64,000 bases of DNA from the NCBI RefSeq assembly GCF_009914755.1, contig NC_060929.1, one strand, 5' to 3'. Within the stretch, counting starts at the first letter, position 1. Each line of letters opens with the position of its first letter. Positions 53,367-64,000 of this stretch are shown here, piece by piece. The stretch is from the human T2T-CHM13v2.0 reference genome, Homo sapiens. Both the position numbers and the translations under genes were made by a program. The notes under the pieces are model-generated. The model saw only the letters and a list, made by a program, of their open reading frames with translations. It was not told where the DNA came from and did no database searches.

Positions 53367-54504
53367 ATTATGTTGTTTCATTTATAGGATACGTGGAACT
53401 CAGAGGAGAAAAAGTCTTCCCAAGGCTATTTTATTGCAAAAATATGTTAATGTTCAGACTAGGCTGATAACTTTTTCCTTATATGTTCTCCCTAATGGTA
53501 TGTTCCTGTATTTCCTGTTTTATTCTATGCATTTAACTGAATATTGGATTTTTACATTAAAAAAATATGTTTATGAAATTAAAGAAGATTGATTTGGGCA
53601 GCAAATTAGAACCTTTTTTTGTTAATAGAGAAAGCATTTAGTGTGATGTACTTGCTCTTTTCTATATAAAAAATAATGTTTTTCTTAATTTTAAGGACAG
53701 TTCTAAATAAAATCTATGCTACTTAAAAGAGAGTTTTAACATCCCCCATTGCCTTGTAGTTTTTCTTTTCCTGAAAATAGATCCACAAATGTCATAAATT
53801 AGTCTGCAGATTTTACCTTATTATGCTTCCTCCTTCAAAAAATATGCAGGAAAGTGATTATATGTGGTGTTCAACTCAGGACTGATGAGTTGGTTATAAT
53901 TATCAAGGCAGACATAATGAGATGAAAACAACTCTTTCTCTAGGGCCTCAGAGGCATTTTCAGTCACTATCATAACCCTGTCACGCTGGGTTAACTGTTT
54001 TCTGCCCAAGTAGATGTCAACACAATTAATTTCACAGTTTCCTCAACTGATACAGTTAGGGTTCATTTGCTCATCTGGGCAAGAAGATCCACATATGTTA
54101 AGGGTAGAATTGATTTCTGGGTTTTTCCTAGACAGATGAGACTGTGGAAAATAGACATTTATCTTTATATATAACTAAACGGCATTTTGTCTCTTTTTCA
54201 TTAGTCCTTAAACATACTTTTGTTCAAATTATTTGGCATCGCCATTTGACATTCATGGCATAATTTATTCACTCATCAAATATTTATCAAGTGCCAGCTT
54301 TATGCAGGACCTTTTGCCAGGCTCTGAGGTTACAGCAAGAGCAAAGCAGAAAAGCCCTGCCCGTGTGAAGTTTTCAATCCATTTGGGCAGTAATTGCACC
54401 AATATACCTAATTAACAGAAAAATGTAAAACCCCACTAGATAATTTGCATGCTACTGGTACTTGTTCTTTACTCCTGGTATAATAGATGCTTGCTTGCCA
54501 TTGG

Positions 54505-54710
54505 AGAGTGTTCAATAGAACGTCCTGTCGCACAGTGACGAAAACATTCTAAACTCACATTTCTAAGACAGTAGGCACTAGCCACATTTAGCTATTGAGA
54601 ACTTTAAATGTGGTAGTGTGACTGAGGACTTGAATTTATAATTTTCTTTAATTTCAACTAATTTAAACTGCCACAAGTGGCAAGAGGGATTACCATATGG
54701 GACAATGCTG
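54505..54710. mobile_element. MER3/MER33-like hAT MITE
   Basis: tgttcaatagaac...cactagccacatttagctattgagaactttaaatgtggtagtgtgactgagga...accatatgggacaatgctg. Confidence 0.8.
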
Positions 54711-55199
54711 GTCTACAATGTATCATCTTATTCCTTGCATATATTTTACACCTGAAAACAGCACTTGGGCAGCATAAAAACAGGACAGAGTATACACAAG
54801 TTTAATTTAACATTTACTCCGTGAGCTTCAAGGAGCAAGAAGATCCATGAGAGAGTAACTGTGTTTTTGGATATCTGCTAAGAAATGTGAAATAATGTCC
54901 TTGATTTTAGTGTGTTCATAGATTACAAACTAATCTTTAATTTATGTCTGGAATACTGTACCTGGTTGGGATATTTTAAAAGTCCAATTTCTTATTCGTT
55001 ATTGTTACCCTATGAATCACTGAGATAATGTATTAACTTAGTTGATTAATATAATTTATTGCTATAAATCTTCCCCTTTTGCTTATGCTAGTGCTTAGTA
55101 AAAATTGCAAACACATTTTCCCCGGAGTTGTATTCAATATCATTCCACTGCAACCAATTTCTAATTCTCATTTCCTAGAGTACATCTATTGCTTAATAA

Positions 55200-55325
55200 T
55201 GGGAAAAGAGGAAAGGAACTGGGGATGGTGAAGGATGGCAGGAGGAAGAGGGAAGGGGAAAGGAAGGAAAGGGAGAGAGAAGAAAGGGGAAGAAGATAGG
55301 GTATTATTGGATAGAAAAAAAAAAA
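55200..55325. repeat. GA-rich low-complexity tract
   Basis: Direct reading. Confidence 0.8.
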
Positions 55326-55959
55326 CACAGAGAAGGTAGCTTTTCTTGCCAGGAAACGTGGGAAGGTTTTGGCCATGAATACTGCTATGATCATTAAAGT
55401 TGCTGTCGTATTTCTCTTCTCTAGCATTTAAATCTCCGGATTCCTTTCCCCTGCAGGTTTGTAGTACTGAGAATAATAGAGCGTTTTCAGACCCTACATT
55501 CCTCAGCTGCTTCTTGTTTGTTTCTCATCTATTTCTCGCCAAAGAAGGAAAAATGAGCCAAACAATTTTCTGCTCCTTCCCCTTTCCAATTGGTATCGAG
55601 GACCTTTTAACTCACTGCCTCATATGAAACCCACTGCTGGCCATCTGCAAGACAGAACGATGACGTGTGTGTGTCACCTCTCCACTCAGGGTTCACGCCT
55701 TCATATTGTCTCATCATCTGTATTTTTTTATTGATGAGGACAGAGCAAAGAAAAAATATTTCTCTATCAATTTCTGCTGAAGATTGAGTGTTTTTGGTCA
55801 CGGTTAGGTCCAGTAAGCATTGGGGGTTTGGTGGTTGGAGAGTAGATATTGTTGAGACTATTTTAGAAGACTTGCTCAAGTCCATTGAAAAAGAAACTAC
55901 TTCTTTGTGAATGCATTTAAACTCACATAAATCCATCTATTCTTTCAATTGATATAAAT

Positions 55960-56460
55960 GTTATATAGATGATGCCTTGGTTTTTCTAGATTCTGATGAT
56001 ACAGAGAAAGAAGGAGAAAAAGACAAGGAAACTTCAATAAGTGGAACTTATATTTTGTCAGGCAGTGGAGCATGGAAGGAGACTGAAAATAAGTGCATAA
56101 ACAAGGGGCAAAAGAAAATTTCATAGAGATAAAGGCTAAAAATAAATACAGAGTAGTATGGTAGTAAGTGGTCATGAGGAGGGCTTCCTGGAAGAGAATG
56201 GTCATGAAAGTTCTCTTAAAAACAGGAGCATTTGAACTTACTGTGGGTAATGGAAGAAGCCTGCCATGGGAATAGCTTTCCAAGGAACATCAAGAATAAG
56301 AATTGTAAGATGGGTATGATTCTGACACTCAGTTAGAAAAACACAAAAGTAACCAGTTGACCAGTTGGCTGACATGACAAGAAGAGAAAAAGTGGTGTGA
56401 GAGAAGGTTATAGAAACTGAGCCATCACTAGATCCTCAAGCACCTGGAATGTCATTTGTT
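55960..56460 (-). mobile_element. L2 fragment
   Basis: gtggaacttatattttgtcagg...gagggcttcctggaagagaatgg. Confidence 0.6.
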
Positions 56461-56667
56461 CTTGTTAGGGGCTAGTAATCAATTAACAGGACACTGGGTT
56501 TCCTAAATTCCATTAGATATGGTGAGATTTCATTGGTGAAACTCAAGCCAGAGGTGTTTCCTTGAATTGTTTAATGTCATCTATTTGGGAGGAAATCCGT
56601 GTTGGCTTTCAGATATCACAGACCATTTCTGGGAGTTAAAAATAGTGTCCAGATTAAGAGATACTTA

Positions 56668-56996
<329 letters not shown>

Positions 56997-57969
56997 TTAA
57001 GATCATAGAATCAGTTTGAGGAATAGCAGTAGAGTTGAACTTTCTCATCAGTGATGAAGTTGAGGAGACAGGAAGTACCTGAATCTCGAAACCCTGCTGA
57101 GAACAGAGTTCTTGCTGGTAAGACATAGAAGGAATGATTACAACATAGAGTGAAAATGAAAAATGTTATAAGTACCTGATTTTTCATTAAGCACCTCATT
57201 TAATTGATCTGGAGTTTCAGGTAGCATATGTCTGTGTTTTGGAGTTTATTTTAGGGATAAGGTACAAATTTCCCCATTTAATAAACAGCTGCCTGCTGTA
57301 GTGGGGCACATGTATCTGGGACTCCTGATTGGAGTGAAATAAAACAATATACTAGCCTTGTTTCTGATTTTCTTAAAATTAACTAAATTTAAAAAGATAA
57401 AAAGAGGTAGATGAGAGGAAAAGAAAAAAATAAAAATACGAAACAACAGTAAGATCTTTCAATCTTGTTTACTACTAAAATAATGTCTGGTACATAGGAG
57501 ATAATCAGAAATATTTATCAAGAAGGGTAGAAGGTGTAGGTAGGAAATGAGTCTGTTCTCTGCAATGAAAACTGCAGCACGTAAAATAGCATAAGCCTTC
57601 ACTTTTAGCCTTGAAACTCAAATTGAATAGTTAATTAGTGAATTACCATTTCATTGATGAAACGGGGCAGTGGGGCATTTTTTTCAATCTCTTCATTTGT
57701 ATTATAAATCTATGCAGAAGATTGATGTGGGTTTGGATCATCATCATGAGGCTTTATTTTAAGTAGCTTAATCACCGTTAATCTTTTGGGGTAACTTTCT
57801 TGTGATCTAAGTATCTGGTAGGTCTCCTTGTCTATAAATAATTTCTTATGTTGGATTAGGGTTTCTATAAGACTTCTCATTTAAAAATTCCCTACTATTT
57901 TCTCTGTCTGAGAAAGAGTATGTTTCTGATACCTGGAGCATCAGGAGGTCATCAGGATAGAAATGAGAC

Positions 57970-58560
57970 ACATCAATGTGTTCCTTCAAACTGTCATTGG
58001 TGAGCATGTGCAGTGACCCAGGTCTTTTGGCAGATGCCAGGGATATAAGCAAACCTAGGATCAGGCATCTGGTGGTTTGCAGACTAGTAGGAGGGAAAAA
58101 TGCAGAACTATTAAGTGGTATAAGGTGGTAAAGGCACCATGAATGAAGTCTGTCAACAGTGCAAACAGAGATGGAATGATTGATTCTACTTGGACAGATT
58201 AAGAAAGATTTCACACAGCCAAACTTTGAAAGATATTGTGGAAACAAATAGGAAGATGATATGCTAGGCAAACGGACATGGTTTGATCAAAGACTTGGAG
58301 GCACGAGGCAAGGTGTGTTTCTTGAACTGCAATTAATGACAAGGTCATCCCTTGTCAGTGCAGTGAAAGATGAAATTTAAGATGCTGTCCAGGCCACATC
58401 ACGCATATGCTCCTAAAACATACTGAGCATTTTCCACTTTCCCCATGACTGCAGGCCATGGGGAGTCATTAAAGGGCTTTAAGCAGAAGAACGTACGATT
58501 CTATGTTCATTTTTATTTTTAAGGACCATTTTGATAAAATAGAGCATGGAAAGAGCAGTA
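57970..58560 (-). mobile_element. L2 fragment
   Basis: tcattggtgagcatgtgcagtgacccaggtc...ggggagtcattaaagggctttaagcagaagaa. Confidence 0.6.
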
Positions 58561-59100
58561 GTCATTTAAAAAATTCTTTTTTATATTTATTTATTACTGA
58601 ATATTAAGAACCTAGTATGAATCAGCCTTTGTCTACATGCATGGTATAAGGATATGAACCAGGAATAAACATTCGATGTTGAGCACGCTATGACCTTCAG
58701 ACACATCAGATGAAATATCACCTTATCCAAAAAGGGCCAGTGAATAACTGTTCATCCCAAAGTTCTCTGTTTAAATATAGTCTTAGGTCCCCAGTGAGAA
58801 GTGTTCCCCTGGAGTCACTGCTGCTGAGCATAGTTAGGCCACTTGCATGCAAACTGGAGGAGTATGTGTTATACAAGTCCTTATTTTCATCAGGTAGAGT
58901 AGATATCACATGGTGGCCAGTTTCGACATCAAATCCAGTGTTACTCTGTAATGGGAACTCAATTTTGAACTGCAGGTATATATACATTTAGCCCATGCTG
59001 TAATTACATCTGATCGTGTACCAGGTAAATTGATTGGCTGTTTTCTCCCCTCACTGTTTCTCATAGATTATAGGCACTAGAGAGTCCTCATCATCTCCTG

Positions 59101-59281
59101 AAGTGGTTCTTTCCCGGGAATGCACATCAGGATCATGAAAGGAGCTTTTAAAAAATATGCATATTTGGGTGTCGCCCAGAAGAGTCTGGTTCCCAGGTTA
59201 GGGATAGAGCCGAGAGAAATTTGTAGTGTTAAAAGCTTCCTTAGGGGGCTTCTCATGCATTTACCCTCTTGGAAAACCACT
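59101..59281. mobile_element. MER5-family MITE
   Basis: agtggttct ... gaaaaccact termini; gcacatcaggatca...ggagcttttaaaaaatatgc. Confidence 0.75.
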
Positions 59282-59495
59282 AATTCTAATCAGATATCTC
59301 TTACAACACAACCAAGACATAGCTTGTTAGAGCCCGGACTAAAACTCCAGTTCCCTGAGGCCCAGCCCAGAGCAATTTCTGTTATATTATCTTTACCTGT
59401 GTTCATCCACGCTGCCCTGGACCTTGAGCCAAGACATCTGTGTTTGCACTCCTTTCATCTGGATGGTGATGGCAGGAGGAAAACTGCAATCTAAG

Positions 59496-59895
59496 TGCAC
59501 TTGTCAGCTCCAGCTGCTGTAACAAAAGATCATAGACTGGGTGGTTCAAACAACAGACACTTATATCACACAGTTCTGGAGCCTGAAAGTCTGAGATCAG
59601 GGTGCCAGCATGGTCAGGTTTTTGATGCCCTTGATTCTCAAATGGCAAGGAAGCTGGGGGAGAAGGGGACATGGGGAGGGAGGAGAGGGGCAGAGGGGAA
59701 AAGGAGGGATGGGAAGAGGCAACTCTTTCTGGTCCCTTCTTACAAAGGCACTAATCTCATCATCAGGACCCCACTATCATGACCTCATCTAAACCTGATC
59801 ACCTCAGAAAACCGCACCTCCAAATGCCATCACATTGGAGGGCTAGGGCTTCAACATATGAATTTGGGGAAAGCACCAGCATTTAGTCCGTAATG
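59496..59895 (-). mobile_element. MLT1A-like MaLR solo LTR
   Basis: gctgctgtaacaaaagatcatagactgggtggttcaaacaacagac...ctccaaatgccatcacattgg...gcttcaacatatgaatttgggg; perfect 5-bp TSD CTAAG at 59491-95 and 59896-900. Confidence 0.9.
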
Positions 59896-60332
59896 CTAAG
59901 AGGGTAGTTCCCAACCCCGACTACACATTAGAGTCATTTGGGAACTTTTAATAATATACTGATGTTCTGGGCCTAGCCCACGAGATTTGCATTTAATGCT
60001 TGCCAGGCCTAACTCTTCATCCTGTTAGTGATGTAATTTTACTTAAAGCCTAAATTTTTTCATCTTCAAAATGGGAGTGATGTTACAAACTATGCTGAAG
60101 ATTACATGAGATTACAGATATCAAAAGGGTTGCTCATCTCTAAAGTATTGTAAAAATATCATTTTCACCTTAATTAACCCACTTTCTTTCTTTGATGAGC
60201 AGCTTCAGGTGAAATCAGTATTTCAAGATTTATATATCAGCGCTTTAAAGACCAGGTTTTCTGGTAGCCTTGAATTGGAACTGCTGCTCTCCTGAATATA
60301 TCAGGAAGGCAATCCAGCAAGAGGGCATAGCT

Positions 60333-60822
60333 TAAGGGTCACAAATTTAACTATCTACAGGGCCCAGGCAGGTCATATAAATGAGGAAAGAGAGGGCTGG
60401 CTCTAGAAAAATCATTCACTGCTTCATTCGGCACTCTGAGTCACTTCTAATTGCAATACAGTAGAGAGAAATGTCTCTCTACTATTAGAGAAGTAATAGT
60501 GCCAATATGGTGACAAATGGCAGCTGGCATTTGCCTCTCAGGACTGGGAAAACAGAGACTGAATGCCCCACTGAAAGGGGCAGCTGTTTATACTCATCCC
60601 AGCGCTGCTCGATCATTGAGTTTTGTTCTCCCAGAGAATCCAAAATCCAGGCTTTTATGTAAAAGCTCCTGATACTTAAGTGTTAGTAGCTAATATAAAC
60701 AAAACAAAAACAAAACAGGGAGCATTTCACAGGCTAACACTGACTGGCATAAATACCACATATGTGGAGTTTGAATGTTTCCTGTGTGCCCCATTTGGCC
60801 TGCACACTGTCAGTTGATGACC
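60333..60822 (-). mobile_element. MER102-like hAT-Charlie element
   Basis: agggtcacaaatt...ctacagggcccaggcagg...ataaatgag; aaaggggcagctg; aaatccaggcttttatgtaaaa; ggcctgcacactgtcagttgatgacc. Confidence 0.7.
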
Positions 60823-62419
60823 ATTACTTCGGGCCTTATACTCTACCTCACCCATCAACTAAGGCATTGCTTCTCACATATATTGTTTATCCACAAACAA
60901 AATACATTGCCGTGCTGGCACCCAGTTGGCAATTTCTGGCGTGGATCCTTATTTCCTTTTACTGAATTGTCTTGCATTTGTTTCTAGGGACGATAGTCAT
61001 TCATGCTATCAATATTTACTGAGCAGATACTGTGCTAGATAAGAATGCAAAATGCAATAAGATAGAGTCCCTGCCCTGTGTTGCTTCCAGTCTAGTCTAG
61101 GCGATATGCCCAGTGTAATAATGAGGCCTCAAAGAATATCGTGGAATACAGAATGAAGATAGCTAACCCACCCGCCCCTACATAGCCCATTGCTTTTGGT
61201 TCTTTTTATTATAACAGAAAATGTACTTCTTTTTCTTTTACCCAGTTTTTTTTCCCTCTTGTTTTAGAGCGCTTGGCCAACGTATTGAGCCTAGTGTGTG
61301 AAGACCACATCCTAGCATGTGACGCCACATCCTTTGGCTCTTTTGATGTTTAGGAAATATTTGGTGCCCAGAAGGTCATGCTATAAAACTAAAAGTCATA
61401 TCACCCAATGTCGCGCTAATGCTTAATATTGTCAATATTTTACTTATAATGCATAATATGAAAAAGCTACTGTCAGCCAGAAACAAAGCCCACTGGGTGC
61501 ATTTGGTTCAACATGAGGCCCTAGCTTTCATATTTCTTATTCTAGTTTTTGGTGCTCAGAGATGCCAAGTGGCTCATCTTGGGGACTGTCTCTTGTAGCA
61601 GGCATCTCTCCAGGGGAGTGTCTCCCAAACTTTGAGATGGTTATCTGTTAATCGAAGGAAAAATAAGTTGTGAAAGTAGGCCATGTGCACCACCAATAAA
61701 CATGAAAATTTCGTTGGCAAGAGCCCTCCTTTCCTTGCCAAAGTGACCTTGGTTGGCGCAAAGATGACAGAGTGCTTCCCTGCCCAGGTCTGACAGCATT
61801 GCTATCACAGCACGTTTGACAAATCGTTCACATTAAATCGGGGGGCACTTTCGGCAGCGCCGACGTCCCCTCTCCATCACTCCTGATTACCACACAGACG
61901 TCAACCATGGCACCAAGCACATTTGTCACAGGGAGTAAAAAGCAGTTGTTAGTAAGAGCGCTACCTGTCATACTAATGGACTAGAGCTTGTTGCTTCGTG
62001 TCTCACAGGAGCCTACAGATTTGCAAAAAAAACAAAACATGATTTTTTTGGAGGGTTGTCCAGTGTTTCCTGAAAATGCTTTTGTGCTTTGATAGAGAGA
62101 GGTACTGAAAGCTTGTCAGATGGGACACCCAAACGCCTTCTCTTGGAAGGGGAAACAGATTCTAATTTTTTAAGTGATTTTGCTTTTTAGTGACTGCTGT
62201 CATTTCCTTGTGGCCAAACAAGGCAATAGCAAGTTTTTCAGTTGAGGAAATCCACACCCTACACATTTTAATTAAATAATGTAAAAAAAATGAATGGAGT
62301 GATTGTTTGCTATTCATGAGTAAGCATGCTATCCTCATGCTGAAATCGTGTGAAGTCATTTGAAGTAGGTAAAGAATAGGTTTTTTTCTTGCTATCATCA
62401 CTTCCTTTAGCATGTAGGT

Positions 62420-62600
62420 GCCTCATGTGTCATTCATACACTTTGTTTCATAGTCTGGCCATAAGAACCTTCAGAGTGGGCCAGTCACACACTACCATTC
62501 CCATTGTACAGATAACAAAACTGAGAATGAGAAAGGTTGTTGCCCAGGATTACACAAGTAGAGTCGCATTTCTTGCCTATGCCTGTTGACTCAAGTCCAC
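62420..62600 (-). mobile_element. MIR fragment
   Basis: ttcccattgtacagataacaaaactgagaatgagaaagg...tgcccaggattacacaagtag. Confidence 0.7.
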
Positions 62601-63026
62601 AATATCAATTGTACTTGGATATCCAATCAAAAGTATACAACTTGTTTAAATGTGGCCTGTGTGGGCCACGCATGGCTGCTTCATAACTCTGTTTCCAAGC
62701 CATTCTTCTCTTCTCCTTAAGTTCCTTTACCAGTCAGTATGAATTTGATTTCTGCCTTTTTTCTTTGCCTGATGATGCAAAAAAAAAAAAAAAAAAAAAA
62801 ACTTTACCTAGAAGGTTTTTTAGAAATTAGAGAAAGAAAAGAAGAGTACTGGGTTTGGAACTTCCAACAGACTGCCCTTTATAAGGTCAAGTGAAGACTA
62901 AATCATGGTTTGAGGGAGTGAACTTCCGGTAGGGCACACGAAGGGGATTGTTGCGTTAGAATTTGAGGATCCTTGCTATACTTTATTCTATCTTTTGTAG
63001 GCCCATGAGAAGCCACTTTGGCTCTT

Positions 63027-63889
63027 TGATGAGATAGGAAAAAAACAAACTGTTTTTCCTACTCTCACATGTTCAACACGGAATACTTAACTTCTGGTCA
63101 CCAAAATGTGTGGAGATTTCTCCCTACCAGCAACCAATCAATTCTCCAGCAGACCCCAGCTGGGAGTTCTATAATTCAATTCCAATGCTATCTACATGGA
63201 GATAGTGTTAGATCCCACAGGTTAAGGGCTCAGTCCCACAAGACTGTCCCCACTTCAGATGCCAATCACAAGCCCCAGGTTGTGACGTACACTTTTGATC
63301 GGCTATAAATCAGGATTTCTACAAGCCCCTCTCTTAAATTCAATTAATTTGCTAGAGTGACTCACAGAACTCATGGAAACACTTTAATTACATTTACCCA
63401 TTTATTGTAAAGGGTATTACAAAGGATACAGACAAACAGCCAGGCAGAAGAGAAGCATAGGACAAGGTATTGGCAAGGTATAGGAGGAAAGGGGTGTGGA
63501 GCTTTCATGCCTTCCCCAGAAGCACCACCCTCCAGGAACCCCCGTGTGTACATCTATCTAGAAACTCCTTGAACCTAGTCCTTCTGAGTTTTGTTGGAGG
63601 CTTCATTATGTAGGCGTGATTGATTACATCATTGGCCATTGTTGACCGACTCAACCTTCAGCCCTTCTCCTCTCTCCAGGGGTTGGGGGTGAGGCTAAAA
63701 GTCTCAACCCTCTAATCATGATCTTTCTGGTGAACAGTCCCCATCCTGAAACAATCTAGGGGCCCCCTATTCATCTCATTAGCAAACAAAAGACCCTCAT
63801 CACTCCAGAGATTCTAAAGGTTTTAGGAGCTGTGTGCCAGGAACCAAGAACAGAAAGCAAATATATATTACTTCTTATATCATATCACA
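63027..63889 (-). mobile_element. MER21 (MER21B/C-like) ERV solo LTR
   Basis: TG...CA ends; agatcccacaggttaagggctcagtcccacaagactg; attaatttgctagagtgactcacagaactca; ggttttaggagctgtgtgccaggaacc. Confidence 0.85.
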
Positions 63890-64000
63890 GGCTTCTTTTG
63901 AATTCACTCTTCCAAGTACTATAATAAGCTAGAGTGATAAGCTTGAGATGGGCTAGGTTGAATAAAAAACTTGTTAAATGTTTGATTCCTTTCTTGTTTT

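Overview
Primate (almost certainly human) genomic DNA: AT-rich and CpG-poor, with Alu, MIR, L2, MER and LTR relics. It has no prokaryotic genes, CRISPR array or RNA gene. The only convincing coding sequence is a 46-nt exon on the + strand (27167-27212, MLHAANKGRKPSAEA-G). It ends in a CAG|GTAAGC donor and is preceded by an in-frame stop and a promoter-like CT-rich region. I recognise this peptide from memory, not from a search, as the alternative N-terminus of a shorter teneurin-2 (TENM2) isoform. The window would then be part of a very large TENM2 intron containing an internal promoter. All ORFs in the supplied track look spurious (Alu, microsatellite or chance). I see no evidence of a novel multi-gene system. 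The best leads are splicing-level. (i) An 18-nt frame-preserving microexon or alternative start (ACCATGAAAG|GTAAGC) lies 1.4 kb upstream of the exon. (ii) A strong 3' splice site and a second donor could make the first exon a hybrid or poison exon. (iii) Several pseudo-exons are flanked by UG/GAAUG repeats, as in TDP-43-repressed cryptic exons. (iv) There are recursive-splice-like motifs, a close inverted Alu pair and well-preserved nested transposon insertions. Repeat family names and boundaries were assigned by eye and are approximate.
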